Made by a program: the position numbers and the translations under genes. Positions 42,228 to 56,830 of a stretch of DNA of 64,000 nt are shown here, in pieces; position 1 is the first letter of the stretch, and every line of letters starts with the position of its first letter. Source of the stretch: Octopus vulgaris (taxonomy: Eukaryota); contig OX597815.1 in the NCBI GenBank assembly GCA_951406725.2, positions 95,294,001 through 95,358,000 of the forward strand. Reading direction: 5' to 3'. The notes beneath the pieces were generated by a model. It had not been told where the DNA came from. It searched no databases and saw only the letters and a program-made list of their open reading frames with translations.

Positions 42228-42740
42228 AAAGCGGCGGGGTGGCAGAATCGTTAGTACGCCGGTTAAAATGATTAGCGGCACTTCGTCTGTCTTTCTGTTC
42301 GGAGTTTACCTTCCGCCGGAGTCGACTTTACCTTTCATCCTTTCAGGATCGATAAAATAAATAGCCGTTGAGCACTGGGGCTCGATATAATCGATATAAC
42401 TCCTCCCCTGAAACATACCCCCACCCCTGAAACCAATATTTTTCCTCATCTGCCTCACTGAGGTTTGATAGCACACACAGTGACACCTTACAAACCATTA
42501 TCTCAACAACCATTTCAGCTTATATTACAACAATGGCTTCAAATTTTTGCACAAGGCCAGCAAGTTTTGGGAAAGATTAAGCCGATTACATTGACCCCAG
42601 TGCCCAACTGTTTTTTTTAAAAATTTTATTGACCCCTTAATGATGAAAAGCAAAGTTGACCTTGGTGGAATTTGAACACAACACGTAAATCGGGGGAAAT
42701 GCTGCTACGCATTTAACCCGGCGTTCTAACGATTCTTCCT
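42228..42740. mobile_element. Two tRNA-derived SINEs, tail-to-tail (42228-42435 +, 42534-42740 -)
   Basis: Both carry GAATCGTTAG and the GACTTTNC(C/T)TTTCATC core, in opposite orientations. Confidence 0.78.
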
Positions 42741-42799
42741 ACTTATATAAAAATAAACCAATTATTTAACGTCCTGAGTCAATTACACTTGCACAGCCC

Positions 42800-43160
42800 T
42801 CTTCAGTCTTCCTGTTCAACATCTATTTGACACACACGATGCCATTCCAGAGATCAAGGCGACACCATTTTCAAAGATTGCCTGTGATATGAAAATATCC
42901 TTAACTGTCTTACAAATGCCCTTGTATCTTTCGCTAACTTCAGAACCAAAGTCTTTAAAAAAACATGTCAAACTGTATAATAGTTTCAAGAACGCATTTT
43001 CCGGGCAGTTAGTGCTCCAACCCTTTCATAAGGGTCATATTGAGCCAATGCATTATTACCTGTAGGCGTTCACACGTCGTTGTGTCTAGAAAATTCCATA
43101 AGGTCTCTTTATCTGTTGAGATAAGATTAGGCGTTCAAAAGCTCACCATTGGATCTACCC
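42800..43160 (-). mobile_element. Decayed RTE-like LINE 3' remnant
   Basis: LKLLYS...RYKGICK.. resembles the RTE C-terminal KxLLYG..RYKDxxK pattern; broken. Confidence 0.3.
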
Positions 43161-45632
43161 ATACGAACAACAACCTAAATCGCTTACACATACAGCATAC
43201 ATGTATTACTTCTGTCTCCTAATAAACATTTGTAATCTAGCTACACCAGAGTCAGTAACTGACTCGAAGGCCAAATGTGTACAAAATCTGGTGATGATTA
43301 ATTATAAGAGCATATACAACGTTAAAGAATGGAATACGTGGATAACCGTTCTTCCTGTGAGTTGGTGATACAGTTCTGAAGAAGAATTGAAATTGTGGAG
43401 TGGAAACAATCTGTACATTAACTGGAGATGTGAAAAACAAGGCTGACGCGCCAAGTAGGCGCTTGGTCTTGATAAACAGATGCACAAATACAAACATACA
43501 ATTGCACATATACAGGCGCACACACACACGCGCGCTCACACGCACACGCACACACACACATACACACATAAACACACAAAACATATACACATCTCATCTG
43601 CAATCGCAGCTACGCATCAAAGATCGAATGTACAGTCATCGAAGTGACATTAATGAAAGGGAAAGTAGTGAAAAGAGAATTCGATAGACAACAATAAGCC
43701 GGTTAAGTGTATATCTATTCAGTGATTCTATATAAATATGGTTTTGTGTGTGCACGCAATGTTAATCAATTGCTTTCGGTTGTGAGTAGAATTGTGGTTA
43801 CGGTTTAACATTATGATACCACACCTCTCTGGGCTGGGGGTAATTATTTTCTGGATGTAATATATTTTAATGCACATCGTGAACGGATTTCACGATAACT
43901 TTGCGCCGTCACTACACTATGGCAGGTTTTTTTCAATCTGCATGATTACCATGCTGAACATTAAACACTACATACAAATCTATCAAGTAGTTTTATTTCT
44001 ATATTTCTTCCATTGCATTGATATGCGTTTGAGGTAAACTAAACTACATACAGTATATTCTCAGTCAGGAACCTACATGAGTATAGGCTCGGCGATTTCA
44101 TACTGTAATGCGTACAAGTATCAGGAAAAACCCAAATCAATTTTCTTCTCTGTTATATATGGAAAAATATTCTGACCATATACAGATTATCATTTCGATT
44201 AAATTTCCAACAATCGAACATATTCTATTACTTCAAACTGGTAGCAATAGTAACCTAATTTCTTTCAAACTCCACTGTGCAACCTAAATAGAAACTGACA
44301 CATAGTGTATAAATAAATGCAATTTCGAGATAGAAAGTATTTGTCTATTAACGAAAACAACGAGATATTTTGTTTATGGTGACACGAACATTTCAGTTTT
44401 TATTATTTATAATAACAGTTTTCATTACGAATATTTTGGGAGAGCTTATCCAAAATTAATGCCTTCAGTCAACTCCCAATGAACTGAAAATGATTTGTAA
44501 AATAGTTAGAAATATATACTTTACTTTTAGGCTATATTCGAAGCAAAATGTTTCTGGAAGTTACAATATTGCTAACTTGATATGAAAATAGTTTCCCATT
44601 AAACGAAAACGATCGGTTTCAGGTTTTAAAATTACTATTCGGCCGCGTCTGCTTTTTATCTAAGACTGCTTCATGGCTATAACTAAGATAATATGACGGC
44701 AAATGACGAGTGTAGAACAATAGCTCTTGATAGATGCGCTTTAAATGTAAGTATTAAAATATGATATGGGCACATAACATCTAAAATTATTTAATATTCT
44801 TTGAAGAAATATGCGCAAGTATTAATCTTTTAAAGTATTTTATATTTTTAAGACTAACGTTATTCAATCTCTTTTATTGCAGCGACAGATTAAAGGAGAT
44901 ACAAGAGGACTGGAGAGAAACAACGTTAATAATATATTTTGTCTTTTTTTTAACAGTTTTATTAATGTGCAACAGCTTTTAAACGTCAATTACGTTTATA
45001 TCTGATTTGCAATGACCAAGTTGCGCCTAGTTTAGAGTAAACGTGACACGAGAATTAATGTTTTTTTTTAATGTTTTAGATGATTTACAATATTTTCAAT
45101 GTTACAAAGTTACCTAACAGTTAATGATAATCGAATATGCTATCCATTCTAAGATATTTCATTTTTGTAGCACCTAATCCTACTTATTTGCTAATTTGGT
45201 ATTAATATATAAATTCCATTTGAACAAACACGCTAAAGTTGATTCAAATTCTTAATCATGGATATAGTCTTTAATGATTCCTAAAAAATGTCAAGACATT
45301 TGTTGTTAATGCGTGCTATTGATTAGTATTACATATATTATGTATAATATGAATTAATGGACACATTTATTTTTATAAGTTCAGCAAAGATGTACATATT
45401 AATGCAAGTCATCAAATATCTAAATTACACATATTAATCTAATGATGAGACATTAGCTAAATGGTAAACATAATTTTATTCAAATTCTTACTTGATGTTC
45501 TTATATTAAAACGCTAATCTTTGTTGGCAATTCAGTTGAAACTTCTTTAAGGACGACAAAATCTATATTCCAGTAAAATAAAAATATTTTCTGAGTTGCC
45601 TGCTGTCATTATTGGAATTAAAAAAATTATAT

Positions 45633-46010
45633 TGGTTTCAATTTTGGCACAGGGTGAGCAAGTTCGAAGGAGGGGATAAGTTGATCACACTAACCCCAGT
45701 GATCAACTGGTATTTATTTTATCAATCTCTAAGAATGAAAGGCAAAGTCGGCCTCGGCAGAATTAAATTACAACATAATATTAATATTCTCCTTAAGGCG
45801 GTGGGCTGACAGAATTGTTACCGCACCAGAAGAAATGCTTAGCGATATTACTTCTGGTTTTAAGTTTCTGAGTTCGAATGCCACAGAAGTCAACTTTGCC
45901 TGTCATGCTTTCGGGGTCGATAAAATAAGTACTATTTGAACACTGGGATCGATATAACCGATTTATCCCCTATCCCGGACATGGTGGCCATGTACCGAAT
46001 TTGAATGTGA
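45633..46010. mobile_element. Two tRNA-derived SINEs, head-to-head (45633-45775 -, 45795-46010 +)
   Basis: Plus copy: GGCGGTGGGCTGACAGAATTGTTA..GAGTTCGAATGCC..TTTCGGGGTCGATAAAATAAGTAC; the minus copy matches its core. Confidence 0.78.
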
Positions 46011-46439
46011 TATTGATATTTTCCTTGGTGCACCACGCTATTTGTAATAATCAGATTTTCTTCCTCTCTATGAAATATGTTCTACTGACTAGATTTTGTT
46101 TTTAATAATAGAACAGTCCTATCATATTTTCAGGTTTTTCGAACTTGCAGAAATTGAAGGAGATGGTGCATAGCCTGATCGTGAACAAGAAAATAATTTG
46201 AATGGGAAAGCAGTAAGTCATGTTTTGAGCCAAATGCTTTTACATTCCCCTGAAGTAATTGGTATTGTTAAAAGGGTCGGTGTTGGAACCTGATAAACAA
46301 TTAGTCACAGATTACTTATCGATATTGATGTCTAGAAAATCATGTCAGTATCTACAATGTGATATGTTAAAGCACATTCTATAAGGTACGAGTCTGAACA
46401 AAGAGATAACATTGCAAATGCCTATACAGTAATACGCAA

Positions 46440-48075
46440 GCTGCAGGGTTTGGTTTTCCTCATTTAAGGTTACAAATATTGGGTAATGGCCGAAAGGGTA
46501 CACTCCTGGAGCGAATATCTCCAGCTATTACAGGCTATCCTACTTTCTCTCACAGGTGTTATGACCACTCATTGAAATCTTCCCGGATGCCTGTGAGCAC
46601 GGAGGATCTACTCAGTGGAATCAGTAGTTAGAACCACTCCAATAACCTTACAGGGTTGTATAGTGAGTAATATGGATGTAGTTTCATTCTATTCATCTAT
46701 GGACATATATGTTGGTGAGGAAAAATGCATTGAGAATGAGGTAGAGTTCCGCGGAGTCAGCACGAAGGAACTCGGCCTCCTTCTTAAACTAAGCTATGAT
46801 TGTAACTACCTAGACAATCATGACCTTAGTATATTCTGCCCTTCCAGGTCACATAGGGGAAGACCACCTACCATCACCTCAGCAGTGAAGAAAAACACCA
46901 CAGAGCGCTGGAGTGGCTGTCCTATACCCACCCAGGACCCTGACAACAACACTCAGGTGAAAAGAATCCTTCCACATGCAATAGGGGCTAGTATAAGAAC
47001 CACCTTCAAGAACCAGATATCAGATTTTAACAGGAAGCTATACATGCAAGTTCAAGTTGCAGCCATTGGTAAAGGTATGGATGGAGATGAGGCTTGTCTC
47101 TTCATGACCTGGTGGGATAGAAAACTTAAATAATACTTAGCTGAATAATCCACAACTTTATTGCTTTACGGTAGGTATGTAGATGATATTTATATTCCAG
47201 TTAGAACAAACTCTAGTAACTGTAGTGTGGAAACCGAGATGAACATAATGCCATCAATCAAAGTATCAAGGTAACTATAAATTACCTCCCTAGGCACCCT
47301 AAAAATAGACTCCTTGCCCTTGATACTGAACTTTGGTTAGAGACTCTGAACAATAGAGTGCAGCTCCTCCACTCCTATTATATGAAACTCAGCTTCTAAA
47401 TATGTTGTTCACGAGAACTCGGCTTTGTTACAGAAGATAAATGTCAACATACTGATAACAGACTTAGTTTGGATAAGGAACAACGTGTAACCACTATGCG
47501 AACTCTATGAAACAAAGAAACATGTTCAGAACTTCATGACCCGCATGCAGTTCTCTGGATATGACAGGAAAGATAGAGTTTAAGTATACAAGGGAGCGAG
47601 TAGGAAGTCAGATAGCATTATATGTAATGAAATCAGTGGTACCTTCCATATATAGAGAAGTAAAGACTGGAATATGATACTTAGAGTTTGTGACAAGCAA
47701 ACAGGGTAAACACATTGTATACAAATATCAAGGAGTGCTCTTTACAGAGGTCACAACCCATGGAGAACAAGCCCGAAGATATAGGAAAGCTCTGAAGGAG
47801 GTGAAACCCAACGTTAAGACCATAGAAAAGCCCAGGAGGTCCATCAGATCACAAATGATGTAGGATTTACTCCTATGAGAATACTATATACACCAATGAG
47901 AACTGTATAATATGTTCGATTAACCCTGACATTAACTGTAGAACTAGAAATATATTCTACAGCGTAAGGTGCATAGTGACATCTAGAAGCATTGTGGGGA
48001 GACTAAATGACCACTTGAGTCAATGTGACGACAAAAATAGTCCTTCATACTCTATTAATATGGAGTCACACTAGG
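46440..48075 (+). mobile_element. Decayed Penelope-like element (RT to GIY-YIG)
   Basis: MDVVSFYSS, LYMQVQVAAIG, WWDRKL (46615-47133); YGRYVDDI (~47168); LLALDT, VHENSA; C..C..NCRTRNIFYSVRC (~47900-47970). Confidence 0.8.
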
Positions 48076-48495
48076 TCGACTTCACGTTCGCATTTTATCC
48101 AAGAAACCGAAAGACCCAACTCTCAGACAAAAATAGGAGCACATCCTCATAAATGAAACATCTTTACATAATCGCACGTACATAGTCGCACAAACTAACA
48201 CACATACACATACTGAAACATGCTCAAAGAAGGAGACAAAGGCGCACACACGTATATACACACAAACATTCACATTCCCCTACACAAACCAACACGCAAA
48301 CATGAACATATAAAAATATGAATATGCAGAATACATGCATTCAAACGTACACATACATGCACACACACACACATATATATATATGTATATATATATATAC
48401 ACATACACGTATGAATATATATATACATACATACACACAGGCACCTATATATATATACATATATACATGTATACATGCATACATACATACATACA

Positions 48496-48527
<32 letters not shown>

Positions 48528-48778
48528 CATGCACACTGACACACACACACATGCTCACAGGCAAACAGAACACAGCTCTGATAAGGGACAGCCTGCAAAA
48601 AGCTACGGAAATGTTCGAAAAATAAATAAATGAGAGGAAATCGAACCGGTAAGTGTTTTAATTAATAAGGTATTAAAACAGAATGACTCTCCCCAGACAC
48701 AATGAAATATGCTTCAACACACGAATTCACATAAATAATCTTGCAAACCAAATACAAATACGAAACGTGATATATTAC

Positions 48779-48809
<31 letters not shown>

Positions 48810-49189
48810 TGTATGTATGTATGTATGTATGCATGCTTAAGTGTATGTATGCGCGTGTCCCATTAAACACTGATCTCACCCGAGTGGACGTATCACCAGC
48901 AAACTAAGTGACAAAATTTGTAAACATGAGCTTTTTCTACGCAGGGTTGATGCGATGAATGTTTTTTCTAGCCTGTGTAAATTAAGCGTGTTTTTTTGTG
49001 TATATGAGTGTTAGTGGTCTATGCATTCATATATACGGACATAAATACTTACGTGAGATGGAAAGTAAAAAATTATCTGCACTTTCGGCATAACATATCT
49101 TTATTATTGTCACACTGCTTTCTGCGCACGCGTACTTATATTTGGTACTATTGGCAGGTCACATGATCGAAATATATATATATATATCA

Positions 49190-50118
49190 AACATAATTTA
49201 AAAACAGAACACAAAGGACATCACGGTACACGGTTCCAGCTATATAAACTATCTGTTATTGCATCAGAATAAGTATATTATTGATATAAAAGTTGGCTTA
49301 AAGCTCTCTTCAGCCGCAAATATTGTTAGTCCAAAGAATACATCACAAAATAAAATAAAATGTACACGTAGTATTACCCATTATAATAGGTTTATGATAT
49401 CTTTGAAAAGGTATATTTGTATAAAGGTTCCTTACATTTAAAAAGTCTGCCCATACTGTACCACCATTCAGCATAGAGTGAATGTTAAATAGATTGGATT
49501 GATTTTATATTTAATTACAGTGTATATGATAGAAGGAAAAAATAAAAGATAAAAAATAAAGTAAGAAATAATTGTAAAAGAAGCAAAAATAAGAGTAATA
49601 AAAGTAAAAATAAGGATAAAAAAGTAAAAATAAGGATAATAAAGATAGATACACATATAAATGAGATTTAGCAAAACTGTAATAAAGTAACAAAAGAAAT
49701 AAAAACAAAGTAGAATAAGAGATAAAGAGATAAAATACTATAGAGCTGAGAACAGGATGGTGGCTTTGATGAGATGGTAGCGGTCATAAATAATTTCTTA
49801 GTTTGACCATCGTTGAATTATAGATTAAGTTTGTAATTTGATGAATGGTCAGTTTACCCAAACTCACCACGAAAAATTACTAGCTTTATAAATTCATCTA
49901 TTGCATGGGTCTTACTTAGAAGTCATAGTATATGTAATGTGTGTATACACACGCGCTCATACAGATATATACGCTAACATGCTCGAGCGTATATAAGTAC
50001 GCCCCATTATGCACAGCTTTAAATACATGAATCTACACGTACATCTCCACACATAACTACAGTTACGCCCTAGTAAACGTATACCTACACTACCATATCC
50101 ACATATACTTAACCACAC

Positions 50119-50161
<43 letters not shown>

Positions 50162-51721
50162 GGAGTAAACACATAAATGTGAAACAAGGTGGAAAAAAGA
50201 GTACTCAAATACCAGTGGTACAGTAATATGCTTTATTTAAAGCAGCAGAAAATTCAACAAAACCTGTTACTCTGAGTTTCCCATAAGTTCACGCACGTCC
50301 ATCCATGTATACACACATACAGTACATCTTACAAGTGTATATCTTGTTTTCGAGTACGTAACCGTTATATGGAATATACTATCCTCAATAGATTGAGTTC
50401 CATATATTTAAAAGTTTTAAAAAAGTAATTTTAGATCTGTCTGTGACAAATCCAATAGACCTGGTATTAAGTAACAAGTTGAAATAAGGGATGATCAATA
50501 AATGAAATGATTTAAAAAGAAAAGAAATAAATATAAGTGATAAAAGGAATAGCAAACTAACAATACAATTGTAACAAACTAAAAACTAGCAATTGAAATA
50601 ATTTATATAGAGATATAAGGTCCTATAGGAATAGAGTTTTGCAAGAATCATTTTTAAAAAATAGAGTTTTACAGAATCATTTAAAAAAAATAATAGTGAA
50701 AGAGCATTAGAAATAGTAAAAATACTGACAGAATAAACCGGTGGTGTTAGAAAGATGTTGTAAGATATGAAAAATTTCAAAATCTATCAAATATATTTGG
50801 AAATGCACAAAATATATCTGACAGGATACATAAAAAGGTAAATAATAATAGGTTACAAAGAGGTAAAAAGCAAATTGAAAATGTAAAGAATAAAATAAAA
50901 TGAAATGAAACTTAAGATGGAAGTTAAACATAGAATATAAAGAAAAATTATAATAATAGTAATAATATAATAATATAATATTTATAATATGATTGGGAAA
51001 ATATAGTGATTGGGGAAATTCAAGTCTATCCACTTGTGTAAATTATACTCCTATTTTAATTGTTTAGGAAGTGTTATATGAAGTTAATATTGTTATAAGC
51101 ATTATTGAAGTTATTAGTGTTGGCTAATAGGACCTACGTGTATGGTAGTGATATTCTAAATTTTAAAGTTAGTGACTAAATTATTTAGATATGTTCTCTA
51201 TAAATAAGTGTAAAGTTCTCGGATTGTTTAATAAGTGTGTACTATATGGGGTTAGAATCTAGCTAGGCGAAAGTAAACCGAATAAGTAGTTGGAGGTAAG
51301 CCCAGGAGTTGTTAATTAAATGCCTGAATAGTGGCAGGAGGGAGCAGATGATGGAATTTCCAACGAGAGATCATGAAGGGATAAAAAATTGATAATGGAG
51401 ACTTAAAGCTCATAGTATTTAAAGGTTTCAGTCAATTTATGCATACAAGTTCGTTTGAAATCTGATATTTTATTAACTAGCTTGTCCTTATCAGGGAATC
51501 TAATGATTTCCAAGAGTTCTAAGGAACATAACTGTCAACCAGTTCTATTATTTTTATAAATCGCTGCCGATCCAAGTATGGACTATCAAAGGTTAAAGTT
51601 GATATTTTCGTCTTTAAGTTCCCATATCCTACGCGATAAGGAAGTGCTATTAGCCTTATGTTTGATTCTAAATGATGACCCATGGTTATAAAACCTAGAA
51701 TTCCAGGCGGATGAACAACCA

Positions 51722-51726
<5 letters not shown>
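49190..51726 (-). mobile_element. PLE 3' portion: GIY-YIG C-terminus, long AT-rich 3' region, eroded terminal HHR; interrupted by microsatellites
   Basis: 51420-51726 translates YIGCSSAWNSRFYNHGSSFRIKHKANSTSLSRRIWELK..QLCSLELLEII..LVNK..CMHK, homologous to ORF 39323-39913. Linkage to the 49.2-kb end is inferred. Confidence 0.65.
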
Positions 51727-51776
<50 letters not shown>

Positions 51777-51927
51777 AAAAATAGGATAAAATCGTTACAA
51801 GAATTTATCAAGTAGTTAGCGTGAAAAACATCATAAGAGAAAAATCCACCAATCTTTTCTATTAAATATATTTATTTATATTATATAGAGGGCATTACTA
51901 TACATAAATCACACACGCAGGAAGGGA

Positions 51928-51966
<39 letters not shown>

Positions 51967-52162
51967 TAATAGAGAGTTAACCACTATGTGGATAACTCTA
52001 GGGCTAAAAATAGCCCCGATAGTAAAGCCACAGAAAAAGATGTTTCCAACTAGAAGTAACATACATTTAACGGAATGTATTTTCTCCGTAGTTTTTTGTG
52101 CTAAGCCACTCGGTGTTAAATTAATGGTATTATTAAATTAATATCAATTGTTCACCCTCATT

Positions 52163-52215
<53 letters not shown>

Positions 52216-52482
52216 CATGCTTTTACAATTTTTAGTGTAAATTGACCGCTCCATTTTTAGTATAAATTGAATTGAAGCAGTGGCGGATAACTGGAACAGA
52301 GAAGAAACTCTTTCAACATGCTTCGTACACCAAGGAAACACCTTTTCTATAGCCACTGGCCAGTTAAAAGTAGGGCAGCAGAGATATCAACAGTTAATAG
52401 TTGGATCAGTCGCACACGCATTAGAAGGTCTTGGTAGTCGCACGCGCATAGAAGTTTTGGGGCATAACAACGCAGATTAGAT

Positions 52483-52690
52483 TGGTTCTAATTTGCGCAC
52501 AAAGTCACTAATTTTCACGCAAGTATTAAATCTATTACTTAATTGATATTTCCTTTTATTGTCCACTGAAAGGATGAAATGCAAAGGCGACCTTTTTTAC
52601 GATATGAAATCAGTATACAGATTAAAAAGCCGAAATACATACCACAATGCTATTTCTCGCGACTATCTAACGATTCTGCAAACTCACTGA
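52483..52690 (-). mobile_element. Decayed tRNA-derived SINE
   Basis: CTGAAAGGATGAAATGCAAAGGCGACC...CTAACGATTCTGC, same family as 7034 and 42534. Confidence 0.65.
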
Positions 52691-53819
52691 GATGTTTATT
52701 TGGTACTGTTGTTTTTGTTGTTTAACCTAAAGCCTGCCTTTATCAGTCGGACCCATTGTCAATAGCGTTCACATGCCCGTAACTATACTATCCTTTTTGA
52801 ATCAGGAACTATATTTCCTATTGTGTACTTTTATTAAGATAATATAATACGACTTGAAGTTTTGGCGATTATTTCTAAAAAGAAGCCAATGCTGAAACGA
52901 AATGGTCTATAATTAATTACTTACATTAATTACATCCTGTATACAACAAATAAAACCTATGCATTGATAATTGTTTTGAAATTCCATTATCATATTCTCT
53001 TTAATTATCTTCTAAATTACAGCTGCAGCATATTTTTCAGATATTTCAACTTGTTTTTCCCCTATTTTACTTCTCATATTCTACAGACACTTTGTCTTCA
53101 ATACATTTTCTTCTTCTACTGGCGTCAACTACTGTCTCTTTATTGACCATCGCTCTCTAAAGCTTTTGTAATTTTCTATTGTATTTATGTATAATAGATT
53201 TCAAATAAAATACCATTATAATGTATATACACAATATATATTACTCTATATAATTATATGATTGAATGAACATCAGATCAAAATATAGATCTTAAACTAA
53301 ATACATCAATATATTCATGTCTGTTTTTCTTTATCTTTTAAAAAGTCAGTTTTCCAGTATTAATCAAACGCCTAATGATTAATATTCAACACTCCAATTG
53401 AAAATTCATGTCAAGACGTTTTCAAATTTAATATATCTCTAAGGGAGTTGATTATACATATACATACATACTTACACGCACGTACACGTATACGCAAACA
53501 CACACAGACACAAATGCACTCATACACATACGCACACACACACACACACTTATATTTATGCGCGCAACATATGTATGTGTGTTTGTACGTGTTATGCGCG
53601 CGTGTGTGTGTGATCGTGTGTGTGAGTGCGTGTGTATATGTGCGTGACTGTGATTGGATAAATAAACAGAGAGGGAGACAGAGAGAGAGTGAGAGCGCGC
53701 AGGCGAAAGAGATTAATGATAATGATTCCATGATAATAACGTAAATAGTACACACACCTGTTTCTAATGTCAGTATGATACACTCACAGATATATTTGCA
53801 CATGCGCATTTGCGCCCAT

Positions 53820-53883
<64 letters not shown>

Positions 53884-54119
53884 CTGTCTATACTCAGTGC
53901 ATTAACAACAATGGTTTTTGCACATATTCTAAAAAAATCTCTATTTTGGCATTCATTGCCATCGTTAGTTGGTGCTAAAATATTCTAATTTGCTCTTACA
54001 TAATGAATGCTGTTATATAGTGAATGAGAGTACGGTTTTCATTGCAGTCTAACACTCATGCCAATTCCACTAAAAAGGGATACTCTAATAGTCTTTTTTC
54101 TGAACATTTCATTTTAGAA

Positions 54120-54820
54120 CATGTGATATAACCTGAAACCGGATGGTGCATAAATTCTTTAGCGACTGTCTCGGCTGCATTGCCGGCTATTTGAATATCT
54201 ATCTGCTATACTTGCCATCGCAGGTAAAGAGGCTATTATATCCATGTGTAGAAGGGGGTAGTTTCAGTTTCAACTGATCGATATAGAAGTGCTTGGATCT
54301 TGTATCCAGTGTATCACGAACATGTTTCTGTTATGAGATCCACAATTGCTCCACTCTGGTATAACTAAGTTACATATCCAGGGGGAGCGCGTAGAATTCT
54401 ACATCTGTGTAGAGCTGCTTCCTGGTTTTGACAGTAGAATGCTTTGCAAAGCTTCACAGATGTATCGGGCAACTGTATACATTGGTTTTATGTCTCTAAT
54501 TGGTCGAATTTATGGCTAGTGGTGACAACTCAGTAAATAATATATAGTTTTGACAGCGCATTGTAAAATGCCAAATTGATTGCTATCAGACCTAAATTGA
54601 TGAACGCACTGAATTAGAGGCTTGTGCAGTTGGTGACAATATGAATACGCAACAGATATGCCTCACGCGAAGATAGGCTTCTAACAAACCCTTCCGCAAA
54701 ATGCTGATAGGGTGCAAAACTGTGTGTTGCAGCATCACCCAGAAGGAGAGTTGCTTCACAGAACTGTCATTATTAATATTACTAGAGCGACAGATGAATC
54801 TGGAACTCGTATTCATAATT
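54120..54820 (-). mobile_element. Decayed gypsy-type pol fragment (RNase H to integrase)
   Basis: Fragments YQHFAEG, LPDTSVKL, LHMDIIASLP, IADRYS, AETVAKEFMHH resemble gypsy FRHFLEG, HIDIVGPLP, VDRFT, AETVARAF, in the expected order. Confidence 0.6.
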
Positions 54821-55671
54821 CTGTAATTTCTATCTTGAATAAAAATATCAACTTTTGGAAAATTTTAATTCGTTTGTTTACAACGCACTGTTAGGTTCTA
54901 GTAAAAATATGTGAAATTAAGCAGTACTGTTCATTTGGAAAAATGTTTAACGAGAAAAATATATGTTTGAAGTTCCAAGATGATTAATAGATAATAGGCT
55001 TGTGCAACGTTTGGACACCAATTATAGAAAATTAATGGTATTATTCGTACGCACACAACAATATTTGGTTGTATAAATGCATTTAGCTATTCGGTTGATG
55101 TGAAACCAAAGGCAATATCAACTGCTAGCAAAGTCACAGGTAACCCATAACTATCGATAACTACAAAACATAAAGATAGCAATATAGTCATGATCACAAT
55201 ATCCATAATATGCTTCACATATTGTAAATGACTCATTTGTTAAATTAGAAGAGGATCATTGTGTAATCCAGTTCAATTGTTGACTGGCTACCAATTCCAG
55301 ATTGACTGAAATAATACACATACCAAATTCATACAGCTATACTTACGTCTACATGTGGTCGCTATGTCTGTGTAACAGCTACACATAATAACTAAATAAG
55401 AACATTGCCCCCAACGATTTACACATATTTGCATGGAATTAATTGAACCGACAACGACGAGGAAGAAAACACATACTAAAATACAATTATCACATTAAAG
55501 GAAAGGAAGGATTGTTTTTGAACACGGGCTCTCAGCCAACATAATCTAAATACAGAAAAAAATAACGTTCTATTGCCGATCGCATAACAATGGGCATTGA
55601 AAATATGATTACATTGTCTGTGCTCCAGCATGGCCACAATCTATGGGCTGAAAAGCACGAAAGCATAAATG

Positions 55672-55708
<37 letters not shown>

Positions 55709-55845
55709 ATCTATGTATGTATCTGTGTATGCATGTATGTATGCATGTATTTACGTGTGTAAGTCTGTGTGTGTGTGTGTGTGCGGACAATGGACATGAG
55801 TTAAAATAATAAAATAAGAACAGCAATAAACGAGTAAAGAAAAAA

Positions 55846-55890
<45 letters not shown>

Positions 55891-56058
55891 CATATGTATA
55901 TATATATATATATATATATTAGGTTGGCAAGTAAGTTACCGCCGTTTTTTTAATTTAAAGTTTTTTTAAGGTTTAATAAAAATAACAACTAATTAATCAA
56001 TAATGTGTTCACCCTTGTGAACAATTGACGGATATTTGTTCACATTTTGCTTGTATTT

Positions 56059-56104
56059 AACACAACGTTTCGGCTGGTATACCCTCCAGCCTTCATCAGG
56101 TGTC
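56059..56104 (-). ncRNA. Minimal type I hammerhead ribozyme motif
   Basis: GACAC-CTGATGA-A-GGCTGG-AGGGTATA-CCAGCC-GAAAC-GTT-GTGTT: perfect 6-bp stem II, palindromic AACGTT at stem III, stem I GACAC/GTGTT; eroded partner at ~57492-57535 (+). Confidence 0.8.
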
Positions 56105-56153
56105 TTGGAGAAATTTCGAACCTGTGTTCTAATTCGTAAGGTATTATTTGATG

Positions 56154-56276
<123 letters not shown>

Positions 56277-56830
56277 GAGTGAGAGAGCAGTTCATGCCAT
56301 CAAAGTGACACTGGGGTAAAATATACGAAGCCCAATATACCCATCATGACTACCCGTCTGATAAAGCTACACCAGGCACATGCATCACAACCATATGTGC
56401 GCGACATGGTGATCTTATATCAAGATAAACAGCACATGACCTTGCTAGTGGGGCCCAGTTAGAATTTTCTTCAGGTTGAGTAGCCCATCCCGCTCAAACG
56501 GTCCCTGAATAAGGGTTGTTTAAGGATGTTGAAAGAACCACCCATGTTTCCAGAGGTGAACTATTCAAACCCCAAAGAATCCCTCTCAACACATGGCTAT
56601 GATGCTCCCCCACTACTTCTGCTCGTGATCAGAGATGCACATATCGTCAGCCACTAAGGGACATGCTCAACTGGTTAAGGTCAAACAACTGACAAGCAAA
56701 TCTGTGGTATTGAGCAGAATATTTGCTGTAGCCCATCTTTTATACCAAGACAAAACAATGTACATGATAACACTTCCAATCAGTTAAGATCAGAAGCCAT
56801 GAGAGCCACTGCCTGGTACTGCATCAGGGC

